DNA of 64,000 bases from Vairimorpha necatrix (Eukaryota). Location of the stretch: positions 1,116,001 to 1,180,000 of the forward strand of contig CP142731.1 of NCBI GenBank assembly GCA_036630325.1. The letters are read 5' to 3'. Below the pieces are notes generated by a model that was not told the origin of the DNA, did no database searches, and was given only the letters and a program-made list of their open reading frames with translations. Shown here one piece after another: positions 35,689-46,675 of the stretch. The translations under genes were made by a program, and so were the position numbers. How positions within the stretch are numbered: the stretch's first letter is position 1; the number at the start of each line of letters is the position of its first letter.

Positions 35689-38600
35689 TGTATTTATTTA
35701 TCATAATGGGGGTAAAAATTATCAAAATATATAACATCCCCCCTCCAAGACGGTTAGTCTCACTTTATCCTTAACCCAAGCAGACTTTTTAGATCATAGT
35801 GCCTTTTCTTTACATATCTTCCATTTACTAACTTAACTATATAAGAATCATTGCCACATCTCTCTATAATTTTCCCACTCTCTAAAAACCTACCTTTCGA
35901 ATATTTATCCGCACCTTTCAAGTTTTCCTTCTTAGCTACTCTCACGTACTCACCTACTTTAAATTTTTCCCTTTTCCCCCTGTTAAACAGTTTTCCATAT
36001 TTCCCTTGTGGGCTATTTTCAATCATTACATGTCCAGTTTTATCCTCTGTCGCTTCTATTGGTGTACATTTTAGTGCCGTGTGGTAACTCATATTATATT
36101 TTTCAATGCTTCCCATGACCTTCTCTGCAAATGTACCTTCTTTAGTCTTCAGAATGCTCTCTCGCAGCGTACCTATAACCCTCTCGACTCTGCCATTACT
36201 CCTGTGTGATTCGACACTTACTTTCCTATGTTTAATTTCTAGTCTGTTACACAACTCTCTAAACCCCTCATTGATAAATTCTCGCCCATTATCCGTTATA
36301 ATCTCTTCGGGCTTTTTTCCTTGTTCACACAACTTACTTAAAAATTCTGTCACATTCTTTCCAGTCTTGTTCTCCATTACCGTGCCCCATACTCTTCGAG
36401 TGTAATAATCTATCGCAACCAATACGTATTTACCTGCGTCTCTAAAATCAATGAGATCCAAAGCAACCTTTTCTAAATAACGTGTAGTATCTACAAACTC
36501 ACATCCACCGAGTCTTTTTCTATTATATATTTGACATTGTACACACTTTCGAATTGTCTCATTTATGTCTTTCTTTATTCCGGGCCAATAAAATCTTTCC
36601 CGCATCGCGTAATATACACTTGTCATACATCTATGTCCAACTTTTTCGTGGTATTCCTGCATCAAACTTTCCCTTGACTCTTCTGGTGGTATCTCGACTT
36701 TCCGTCCTGAATCAAATCTCCAATATTTTTTTCCTTCTGCGTCATCGACGTGCGCTTTCCATTTGCCCTCTATCTGCTTGGCGGTCCTTTCTCTGATTTT
36801 CTTTTTCCTTTCATCGTCTTCCATATGTATCCTGCTTAACGCGTCAGCCACCACCATTTCTTCTGGTTTCTTATATTCTATGGTGAAGTCAAATTCCTGG
36901 ATCTTTTCAATCCATCTATTTATTCTATTGTTATTAAAACACGGTTTATTTCTAATCTCAACCAAGGCTTTATGGTCCGTCTCGATTTTAAACTTCCTAC
37001 CGCGCAACTCGTATTCAAATCTTTTTATCCCCCAAAATACCGCGTACATTTCTTTCTCCGATATAGTATATCTGGTCTCTGTAGGTGTTAACTTTTTTGA
37101 ACTCCATTGGATTGCTACCCATTCATCTTTATCGTTCTTCTGAAGTAACACGGCTCCTATCCCTACATTGCTCGCGTCCGTTCTCAATATAAATTCCTTC
37201 CTATAATCAGGCAATCTAAGTTTCCCCATCGCTCTCAAAACTTCTTTCAGCTCTAAAAACTCTCTATTCATTTCAACCGTCCATTCCCACTTCTTATCTT
37301 TACCTCTCAAGCTATCTGTCAGATGAATAGTTAATCCCGCGTAATTCTTTATAAAGTTCCTAAACCATCCTGTCATTCCTAGGAATCTTCGTGTTTCACT
37401 TACACTTGTCGGCTGCGGGAATTCTAACGCCTCGTTCTTCTTTATTTCATTCGCTTCAATATCTGTACCATTCAATGTGACTCCTAAGAGCTTAACTAAC
37501 TGTTGGCTAAACTGTATCTTCTCAATATTCAATCTCATTTTATGTCTTTTTAATCTTTCCAATGCTTCTATAACTAGCTTGTCATGCCTTCTTTTAGTTC
37601 TAGCGTGTATAACGATGTCGTCCATATATACCTCCACTCCTTCTCCTTGTAAATCTTCAAATATTTGGTTCATTATTCGTTGTAATATCTGCGGGGAATT
37701 TTTATATCCCATTACCATACTGTTCCATTCATATACCTTTCTGTTAAATTCAAAGGCCGTTTTGTGCTTATCCTCTTCTTCAATCTCTACGTGGTAAAAG
37801 CCTTCCTTCAGATCTATAACGGTAAACCATTTAGACCCCTGTGTGGCTCTAACGATGTCCCTAATATTTGACAACTCATACGGATCTTTTTCAACTAAGT
37901 CATTTAAACTCATTAGATTACTTACAAGCCTTACTCCTCCGTTAGGTTTTACTATAGCTCTAATTGGGTTTCTCCACTCGGATGTTGATCTTCTTATAAT
38001 CTTTCTTTCTTCCAAACTTTTTATATATTTTTCAGTTTTTTCCATCAACGCCTGTGGGATAGTTTGTCCTCTTTTAACTACTTTTTTTCCTGGTGGCGTC
38101 TCAATTTTACATTTCTCTATCTTACAGTGTACGATCTCTTCGTGCTGCAAGTCAAAAATTTCTCTAAACTTCGCTTTTATATCTTCAATGACAAGGCCCT
38201 CTTCTATTCTATCCTCTCTCATTCCTCTCCTTTTTGAATTTTGTTTACGTTTTGCTTCTCCGCATTTCCTATATTCTTGTGCGCTAAGTTCTGTGCTTGT
38301 TGATCCACTCTCTTCATGAACCCTTAAATACTTGTTAAAATGTTTATTTTTATTATCTTCTTCTTTCCTCTTCCTTACGAAGCAATCTCTTGCCATGTGC
38401 CCGAATCTACCACAGTAAAAACAATCTCTACTTCTTACTCTCGTAGTTTCTTCCCTTATTTTTCCTAATGCTCCTCTATTTGCCAGCTCCTCTCGAACTG
38501 TTCCTCTAACCGACTCTGCAATTATTTCCATCATCTTACTTTTGTCTTCTTCTTCCTTCTTTTTTAATTCGTCCTTTCTAACCTCCTTTTCCATTTCTTC

Positions 38601-38863
38601 AATAATTAAGGACCAACTATCTTCTTTTTTAATTCTTTCTACCATAAAGTTCTTTACTTCTTCCGAACCCATTTCATAAATTCTTGCCTTCCATAGAGAC
38701 TCATCTACTCCATCCAACTCTAGCTTATAAACTATTCTTTTAATTTCTTGTAACATTATTCTGGCCTCTTGACCACAGCCATCACTTGTTGACTCTCGAT
38801 TTGGTATCGCCCCCATGTATTTATTTATCATAATGGGGGTAAAAATTATCAAAATATATAACA
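35689..38863 (-). mobile_element. Ty3/gypsy LTR retrotransposon, miniature protease-less type, copy B (3175 bp; intact)
   Basis: Identical 48-bp LTRs at 35689-35736 and 38816-38863; TSD TAAGT at 35684-35688 and 38864-38868; PBS TGGGGGCGATACCAAATC at 38798-38815; PPT GGAGGGGGGA at 35737-35746. Confidence 0.98.
35760..38831 (-). CDS. Single gag-pol polyprotein (1023 aa): short gag, CCHC knuckle, RT, RNase H, integrase
   Basis: CFYCGRFGHMARDC; IDLKEGFYH and YMDD; TDAS and ADALSR; H-x4-H..CxxC; ALDLID, ITDNG and RVERV. The start is placed at the CCCCCATTATG shared with copy A. Confidence 0.95.
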   Translation of the reverse strand: MINKYMGAIPNRESTSDGCGQEARIMLQEIKRIVYKLELDGVDESLWKARIYEMGSEEVKNFMVERIKKEDSWSLIIEEMEKEVRKDELKKKEEEDKSKMMEIIAESVRGTVREELANRGALGKIREETTRVRSRDCFYCGRFGHMARDCFVRKRKEEDNKNKHFNKYLRVHEESGSTSTELSAQEYRKCGEAKRKQNSKRRGMREDRIEEGLVIEDIKAKFREIFDLQHEEIVHCKIEKCKIETPPGKKVVKRGQTIPQALMEKTEKYIKSLEERKIIRRSTSEWRNPIRAIVKPNGGVRLVSNLMSLNDLVEKDPYELSNIRDIVRATQGSKWFTVIDLKEGFYHVEIEEEDKHKTAFEFNRKVYEWNSMVMGYKNSPQILQRIMNQIFEDLQGEGVEVYMDDIVIHARTKRRHDKLVIEALERLKRHKMRLNIEKIQFSQQLVKLLGVTLNGTDIEANEIKKNEALEFPQPTSVSETRRFLGMTGWFRNFIKNYAGLTIHLTDSLRGKDKKWEWTVEMNREFLELKEVLRAMGKLRLPDYRKEFILRTDASNVGIGAVLLQKNDKDEWVAIQWSSKKLTPTETRYTISEKEMYAVFWGIKRFEYELRGRKFKIETDHKALVEIRNKPCFNNNRINRWIEKIQEFDFTIEYKKPEEMVVADALSRIHMEDDERKKKIRERTAKQIEGKWKAHVDDAEGKKYWRFDSGRKVEIPPEESRESLMQEYHEKVGHRCMTSVYYAMRERFYWPGIKKDINETIRKCVQCQIYNRKRLGGCEFVDTTRYLEKVALDLIDFRDAGKYVLVAIDYYTRRVWGTVMENKTGKNVTEFLSKLCEQGKKPEEIITDNGREFINEGFRELCNRLEIKHRKVSVESHRSNGRVERVIGTLRESILKTKEGTFAEKVMGSIEKYNMSYHTALKCTPIEATEDKTGHVMIENSPQGKYGKLFNRGKREKFKVGEYVRVAKKENLKGADKYSKGRFLESGKIIERCGNDSYIVKLVNGRYVKKRHYDLKSLLGLRIK

Positions 38864-39729
38864 TAAGTTAATAAGATAAATAGCTTAGTAATAGGCTAAT
38901 TCTTTTTTTCCCATTGACAATGTTGTATGCATGAGAAAATTAATTTTGTTGTCTTCGATATCGATATTATCATATTATCTGGTATTGTTATAAGTGATTA
39001 TGAAAATATTCAAAACATAATGGATTACGCGTATGTAATAACATTAACTACGTTTTTGTTCGTTAATTTTTTAATTGCTTGTAAGTTATAAAATGTATTT
39101 CCAACTTTTGGTATGTATCCCTTACAAAAATCGAAAATACTGTCTGTTTTGAGTAAATTCCCCTTTTCTTTTAAAAAAGAACTTTTTAGCTAATTATTAA
39201 AAAATTAAATATATTATATTGAGTCGGTTTTTTAGGGCTAAGACATTTTGTATAAAGTTTTTTTGTGCCGTCTACATTTTTAAACTCTTCATGAACATAA
39301 AAATGACATGAAAAACTTTAAAAAAATTTACCTTGAAATGCAGATTATTTAAATATAATTAAAAAACAATCTGATAAATTATTTTTTTCTATATAATAAT
39401 TTTTTATACAAAATATGAGAAAAAAAATTGAGTTGTGTTAAAATCCTATTACTTTTTTAAAAAAAATAAGAGTCTTGCCACTTTTTATAAAGAATTTCTA
39501 TTTTAACAATAATCTCTTAATTTTTTATATCAAAATGTGAATGTATCTTAATGAATAAAAATCTACATCTAATTTTTATGGTTTCGTTATAGCTGCATTG
39601 TATGAATTTTAATATGTTAAGGTTTTTTTAGTTTAATACGCAACTTATCTAAAATGCACAAAAATAAAATATTATTCTAATTTGTGTAAATACAATTTCT
39701 TATAAAAAACGAAATATTTAATTCCTAAA

Positions 39730-40724
39730 ATGATTTTTATGCTGAATTTTTACGTTCTTTACAATTAAATAATAATAAAAACATCACGAAGTTGTAAACA
39801 ACTACAAATCCATGTACGCCACTTTTGTACCTGTAACGACTGAAAGACAGAACAAGTACAAACATAATATTAATTCTAAAGAAAGATTACTACAAAAAAA
39901 TATTGAGTGTTCTAATTTTGACAAATACCTTAAAAATCCGGCCATCTTAAAAAAAGATGTATTTTTTTGTCAAAGTCCAACTCAATACTCTATTTTACAT
40001 CATCAAATAACTGCTACGATAATATCATAGCTAAAACCTTTGATTTGGGCATAGACAAACCAGAAGAAATCTAATGATTTGAAATGGATATTGACTAATC
40101 TCAAGAAGACAGTGTCAACAAATACACAAATCTAAACTTCTGAACGAAAATTTTTCATAAAACATAGGAAAATATAATTAAACACTAATCCAATACCAAG
40201 TAAAAAAAAAAGATTAGTTTAAACAAAAAAAGATAATTTTGAATTATAATAAGTTATTTGCAAATTTTAGAAATAATGCATTTATAGGCTTAAGAAAGAT
40301 TTTTTGCCTATTAAACTTGAACTTATGCACATAATGGATGCAACAAATGATATTAAATATATAATCAAAGAATTTATTTATATATTTTAATTGTTTATAA
40401 AAGTGCATGAAATGAGAGAGAAAATTCCATATACAAATCTATAGCTTTAGAAGATATACTTAACACAATTCGTAACGATATAGAAATAATGTCTATATGT
40501 ATTATACTTCATATTAAAACTTTAATTGAAATAAAAAAAAGACATGTATTGAAAAAATATAAAAATCTTACAACAATTGAAAAAATATAAAAATCTTACA
40601 ACAATTGAAAAAATAATAATTGTACTTAATCCCATCATAGAGAATTTACAAAACCATTTAAGAAATCAATAAATTAAGAAAAATGTATAAAGAGTGTTTC
40701 GAGATACTCAAAAACGTTAAATAA
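39730..40724 (+). pseudogene. DLET family pseudogene (closest to 43766-44596)
   Basis: CCTAAAATG start; DLGIDKPEEI**FEMDID, TIRNDIEIMSI and YKECFE are present with many stops; internal tandem duplication of about 28 bp at 40549-40610. Confidence 0.8.
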
Positions 40725-40829
40725 TCATAAATTACAAAAGAAATATTCTTTTTTGAATAACACTAAAAATATTTTGTATTTATATAAAAAGAGATAATGA
40801 GTTAAATAGTCATTAGTCTTAAATAGTTA

Positions 40830-41085
40830 AAGCACAGGTTTCCTCGGTATCGCTCATAAGATTTGGCTCTTCGCAGACTTTGGTTTCTGTGGTTTTATCA
40901 TGTTTTCAACTCCAACTTTTCAGTTTAATTTTCATTTATTAACACCGCCTCTTTAACAGTCGCCGTTCGTTAGTCGCTTACAGCTCTAGCCCGTTCTTCC
41001 TCTCCTACATTCTCCTGATCGTACCCTCGTCGTCGTTTGAAAAAAGAGATAGACTCTTGAGTCTTCTTCAGCACAATAGACTAGT
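40830..41085 (-). mobile_element. 3' fragment of an RLE-type non-LTR retrotransposon
   Basis: Homologous to 57300-57555 (CAGACTTTGGTTTCTGTGG, CCTGATCGTA.CCTCGTCGTCGTT). Confidence 0.85.
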
Positions 41086-41199
41086 TGTTTGCTTGAAGGT
41101 TGTTTTGTATTTGTAAAATTTAAAATTATTTATAATTTTATTTTTTATTTGCGGCACGGGTATTTTGAAACCTTACATATGAATTAGTGAAGTTTGGGT

Positions 41200-41750
41200 T
41201 TGATACTTAAACAATCGGTACTGTAAATTTTTACATGCTGTACTTACTTTCAAAAAACTTGAAAGTGTATAACCACGTCATATTACACATGTTTGTTCCA
41301 AATAAACAATTTCTATTTTATACTTTAGATCGTGTTTAGAGAATGTTCAAGCAATATACTTGTGGGATTTGGTCTTAATGGCCCGAAGTAGAACACATCT
41401 TACATCTTTCAATTGTCTCTACGTTATTCTCAACATACATACATTGATTACTACACCCTATTAGAAGCCCGCATTTTTTAGAAGCGATTATCACTTGTCT
41501 CACACCAGTTTAAGACACACTGTTTGATATTTCTGTAGAATAGGAATCACAGGCATACTATTGATTTAGTTCGTATGGTCTCTTGATCAATTCTAAGTCT
41601 AGCAAAGCGCACAGCCCATTAGCTCAAACTAGGCTATATTAAGCCAATACTTCACACACCTATAATTTACTACGAGGATATTGTTTGTGTCTTAGTTTCG
41701 TTTCTTTAAAAGATGTCTTAACACAGTATTACTAGATGAACACAAGTTTC
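41200..41750 (-). pseudogene. Possible decayed gypsy RNase H-integrase relic
   Basis: MYVENNVETIERCKMC resembles the integrase zinc-finger CxxC context; LRIDQE resembles RTDHQ. Weak signal. Confidence 0.3.
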
Positions 41751-43765
41751 ATATATCAACTTAATACTTGTCATGTAGTTTTCATCATATAAATTGTTAA
41801 GCTACCATAAAAATCAATAACTTTTAGGTCTGAGCTCGAGCTCGGGCATGCAAAATAAACATTTCTGCTCTTGCCCTCGGAATACGAAAATACATAAATT
41901 TTTACTCAAAATTAAATATAAGAACATTTATATAATAAAAATACGTATTTATAAAAAGGCATTTTTAAAGCTCTTTTTGTTATAAGATCTAAATATAAAA
42001 AAGGTTTCAGCTAAGGTTCATTATAAAATAATCATTCAATAAATATATTATGAGTAGTTTAGGTTTTTTGGCTATGTAAGTATATGTTAAAAGTTTCTTC
42101 GAAAATACTTACATATCTTAGCGAAACACAATAACATTAATTTAAGATCGTTTAAACTTTAATATCAACATTTGATTTAGTTATAAATATTTCTTATTTT
42201 CATAATGGCAAATCTAAATACATGAACTTTAAATAATTAAATGTTCTTTTCAGAAAAAAAAAATTAAACTACTATCCGTAATAGCTTTTTTTTGATATGA
42301 TATGTAAATAAACAATTAAGCATATTAATTTAACCAAAGAAATAAATTTATGTGCATCATATATAACCGACGTAAATCCCTAAGTTTTCGGTCCGCAGTA
42401 CTTTTAGTACTTATTAACACCGATATTTTCCTCCGCAGATAAGTATTGCCTTTATAATACAAAGATAACCTAACCAAGGCCTTTTGCAAGAGTTTAAAAT
42501 GAATAATAACCCTAATAATATTGGATATGCCGATAATTATGTTGTGTATGTCGCGTTTTTTTAATTATAAACTAAGCAACTACATGCAAAAAAAAAATTA
42601 TGTTAACATCAAATCAAAGAACTTAAAATTAAACGAAAAGTAAGATTAATACAATAAATATTCTTATAATTGATAGTGAGTAATATATATTCGACTGTAC
42701 TTAATGAAAAAATACATATAATTATGATTTATTTGTATGCCCTTCAACTTATTTTTGTGAATAAATAAAATTATAAAAAAAGCTAAATTTCAGAATTATG
42801 AAAATTTATTTAATCTTTTGCTCATAATTTGTTTTCGACTTCTTCTTTATAAAAGATTTTGTTTTTATCAGCAATACAATGTGTAATATCAGTAACTAAA
42901 AAAAAAAAATTTAAAGGTAACCTTTTGACTTAAAAATCCTGTTTAACATGTTAGAGCCCGTTGTTTGTATTATTTTCTCGTTATGGTCAACGTAACTCAC
43001 CTTTAAAATGTAAATATAAATAGAAAACAATACAAAGTCTTTTTTTCGAAACAACCTTATACAACAAACTAAAATAAATCGTTTTTATTCTTTTATAATT
43101 TTTTCCTTAAAAAAGTTATCAACCAACAATTGCTATACCTAAGTTAAAAAATTTACAACCTAATCGCACTATTAGTTTTAAGTAATTTACAAAAAAGTAA
43201 AGTTTAAAGTAGGGGAACTGCCGTGATCAGGACAATTTCCGTCACTCATATATGTGACATGGAAGTCAACGTGTTAATACCATTATTAGCATATTTAACT
43301 AACAAGAACAAGGTACGTTTACAAAAATTAAAACATCATCAAACATGATCAAATAAACATCTAGGAATCATATATGGTGGGATAAAACAAAATATGAATA
43401 GATTAATAAGTAATTTAAAAAAGAGTGTCAACATATACATTAAAAGGTATATGTAAACAAGCTTTCAAATGTCCATTGATGCATATGTCTAATATATATA
43501 TAACGAGAAATATTTAAATATACTTAGAAAAAGATAACAAATACTACAAAAGGTAACATGATAAGTTTAATGCTCATGATTCATGTTAGCTGGATTAAAG
43601 TATTTATCAAAGAATATATGTCTAATAAAAAAACTACTTTAATCTATTGTAAAAAATATATCATTGTCTGCTGTTGTAGCCGATCTAAATAATGATCAAT
43701 CATATTTTTTAAAATAAATAAATTTGATTGGAAACTAAAATTTCATAATTTTTTTATAGGTGGGG

Positions 43766-44596
43766 ATGGAAAATATCAATAAAATTATTAACAGTGATTT
43801 TCAAATCATCTTAAAAAGCGATGTATTTTTTTATCAAAGTTCAACACACGATACTATTACGCAGGATCAAAATATCTATTACGACAATGACATAATTAAA
43901 AATGTCGATTTGGGCATAGATAAACCAGAAGAAATCTTTTGGTTTGAAATGGACATAGATAAATTACAAAAAAGCAATCTGACAACAAGTAAACAAATCA
44001 AGGCCGAAAGTTTAAAGGTATTAATGGAATGTAAAAATAAGATTAAAAAAATTATAAACGAGACTGAATTAAAATTTAACAACGAATCAAGACCAAGTAG
44101 AAAAAATAAATTAGATCGTAGTAAAAAGCAGAAAATTGTCGATTCTAATAAATTTTTTTCGGGGTTCAGAAATAATTACATTTATAGACTTAAGAAAATA
44201 TATTTGCCCAGAACATGCAGACTTATAGATATCATTGATGTATCAAATAATGTTAAGAATATAATTAAAGAATTTGTAAATATATTTAAATTTTTAATAA
44301 CAGTACATGAGAAGAGAGAAAAAATTACGCATAACAGAAATATAACATTAGAAAATATTCTTAATACAGTGCATTACAATATAAAGTTAATGTCTATATA
44401 TGATGACAAACAAATAATTGAAACATTAAGTAAAATAAAAGAAGATTTAAACCAACAAAATTACAAAAATTACTCAATCAAAGAAGAGATAATAATTTTG
44501 CTAAATTCAATAATTAATAACTTACATATCTTATTTGATAAATCGAAAAAATTAAAAGAAATATATGAAGAGTGTATTGAATCATTAAACAAATAA
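43766..44596 (+). CDS. DLET family member, N-terminally truncated (276 aa, no hydrophobic leader)
   Basis: VDLGIDKPEEIFWFEMDID, HYNIKLMSI and YEECIE motifs; ATG preceded by GGGG. It may be a truncated pseudogene. Confidence 0.7.
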   Translation: MENINKIINSDFQIILKSDVFFYQSSTHDTITQDQNIYYDNDIIKNVDLGIDKPEEIFWFEMDIDKLQKSNLTTSKQIKAESLKVLMECKNKIKKIINETELKFNNESRPSRKNKLDRSKKQKIVDSNKFFSGFRNNYIYRLKKIYLPRTCRLIDIIDVSNNVKNIIKEFVNIFKFLITVHEKREKITHNRNITLENILNTVHYNIKLMSIYDDKQIIETLSKIKEDLNQQNYKNYSIKEEIIILLNSIINNLHILFDKSKKLKEIYEECIESLNK

Positions 44597-44609
44597 TAAA
44601 AATACATAT

Positions 44610-44920
44610 TGTGGTGTTTCCACCAGGGAGATGGCCATAATGTAAATAGCATTCAAGAATGCTTCTCCCTGCAATATTGTAAAGTATATTTTTATTTAAG
44701 TTATGTTTATTAAATTGCCCCTGTGGGCTTTCATAGTTCCTCATGTGAGGGGGTAGGGTGTAAGATACCCTCCCGTTATCGTTGTAGACTCTCTGTTCTC
44801 TTCTCATCTAAAAATCGATGGGTCAAAATAAAAGAAAATATTTATAGCAAAATATTTTCTAGAAAATTCACTTGGAGGGAAAATGAAATAAAAATAAGTA
44901 ATGTGGTAAATAATACCACA
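44610..44920 (-). mobile_element. Solo LTR (311 bp) of another LTR-retrotransposon family
   Basis: TGTGGT..ACCACA termini; exact 5-bp TSD CATAT at 44605-44609 and 44921-44925; terminal hairpin TGTGGTA-TTATT-TACCACA; homolog at about 31.4-31.7 kb. Confidence 0.88.
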
Positions 44921-45066
44921 CATATGATTCCGAAATAATTTTCTTTATTACACACTCTAAAAAATAGATTTTTTATTGTGAAGTATATTCTATAAATTTT
45001 TATTAGGTCTGTCAATAAGTTTATTTATATTTTCTATCCCCTCTTTTGAAAATGTTTTTAAATAAA

Positions 45067-45130
45067 TTGTAGCAGATCAAATCTGTCCATTTGTAAGAAT
45101 ATGATTGGCCAGTATTTGATCGCTACGACA
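45067..45130. repeat. About 63-bp self-inverted dispersed repeat (micro-MITE-like); other copies at about 43672-43733 and 60155-60210
   Basis: Termini TGTAGCAGATCAAAT and ATTTGATCGCTACG; the core GTAGC(C)GATC(T)AAATA.TG...AATCATATT is shared by three loci. Confidence 0.75.
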
Positions 45131-45470
45131 AGGTTTATAGCCCAAATTGTATATTATCACATTAATAATAAAAGCATCTACGTATTGAATAAAAAAGCAT
45201 GTAAAAAACAATGTTTTCCTATATGTAAATGTGTAAAATTACTTAAGCGAGTCAGTATTGTAAATAAGACATTGTAAACCACCATCATATAGAATTTATG
45301 AGTCCTAAAAGATAAATTTGCTATAAGTTTTCACAAAATATTTTTTCAACCATTTTATCACAAAAACATAATATTAAGTTAGCTTTTTTTAATATCAACA
45401 AAACTAAGTTACTAGTAGAAAATAAATTTTAGGAACATAGGAGTTTCTTTGAGATAATTTATCATTAAGA

Positions 45471-46675
45471 CTAGATATTCATAGCACTTTTCCCCCGGTA
45501 TCGGCAATGAAATTCAGCTCTTCACAGACTTTGGTTTCTGTGGAATTATTAATACTTTCCAACTTCACTTTTTCAGCTTCATTTTTCTTTACCGACACCA
45601 CTTCTTTAACAGTCGCCATATTCACTAGTGTGCTTACAGCTCTAACCACTTATTCTCCTGCATCCTCCTGATCGTATCCTCGTCGTCGTTCCAAAAAGAT
45701 GGACTCTAGAGTCTTCTTCATAACAATAGACTGGATATATGCTTCAAGGTAGGGTTGGATTTCCAGCCCTGTGTACTTTCTGTGATATTTGGTCACCACT
45801 CCATTCCTTGTCATTACTAAAGAACTATTATGTTCCAGGATTATGTATTAGTCCCAGTTCATTTGCAAGATGGTCATATTTTCTTAGTTTTTCATTCAAA
45901 ACTATAATAAGTCGACCTTAGTGGTTCTACCAGCTTCAACTATTAAAATTTCTTTCTTCTCCTTGTAAACACAAGAATATCAGGCTTATTATGAGTCACC
46001 TTTTGATTTTATGATATCCTCGTATCTACTCTTATTTCCGCACGATCATTTTCTATGATTTCCTGATTGAGTGTCCACGTATTTTCTTTGTCTTCTCAAC
46101 CCCATATTTAATACATAGTAAAAGATGAATGCATCTAACTACCTCGTTGTGTCTTTTCATATAATCAAAACCCAACATTCGATCACACTTGGTAGCTAAA
46201 TGATCCACGGTCTTCCTATGAGATCCACAATGGGACATTGTCTCTCTTGTCCACATCAGATATTTCTAACCTGTAGGAAGCAGTAAATTGCTTCGGATCT
46301 AGCCCGATTGTTTCCTTTAACCAGACAGGTAGAAGAGTCCCCATGCTTACTAAATCGTTACCCCTAGCTTTAAACAACTTTCCATGATTTGTACTTATTT
46401 AAATTTTGTTGTAAAGCGCTTATTTTTGGGATTCTATCAGCATCTTCAAGGTAATCTCTCCTACAAAGCTATACCTAATCCTTAGACACTCGTTAATTGT
46501 AAACATGTGGGATTTGCTCTCTGCCTCTACCTTAAGTATCGCTTCCCGTTATAGTGAGCTATAATTAGACTCATCTAATGTTTTATAAATAGTCAGAAGC
46601 ATACTTTCGCATCTATCTTTGATACTTTTGAGGCCTTTACCCAGTTTTGATCTAGGTAGGTATAGTCTTTCCTGC
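45471..46675 (-). mobile_element. 5'-truncated, degenerate RLE-type (R2/R4-group) non-LTR retrotransposon
   Basis: ERLYLPRSKLGKGL, CCHC knuckle (CGSHRKTVDHLATKC), KRHNEVV, NKPDIL and EKLRKY restriction-like endonuclease motifs, with frameshifts. Confidence 0.9.

Noticed and set aside
36695-36730. Conserved WRFDSGRK / WQFDSGRK as a relocated protease active site
   Set aside because: It lies in the short RNase H-integrase linker, is followed by Arg rather than Ala/Ser, and leaves no room for a retropepsin fold.
35851-38319. Antisense ORFs over gag-pol and other genes (also 2826-4508, 15967-17634, 22296-23328, 61686-62855)
   Set aside because: These are shadow frames of purine-rich coding strands, with Leu/Phe/Ser-rich translations and no motifs.
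38832-38864. ORF-track start MLYILIIFTPI for copy B
   Set aside because: That ATG uses a base of the TSD outside the element; the start shared with copy A is at 38831.
43740-43765. TTTTTTATAG|G as an intron acceptor restoring the missing N-terminus
   Set aside because: No matching upstream exon or donor found; the paralogs are intronless.
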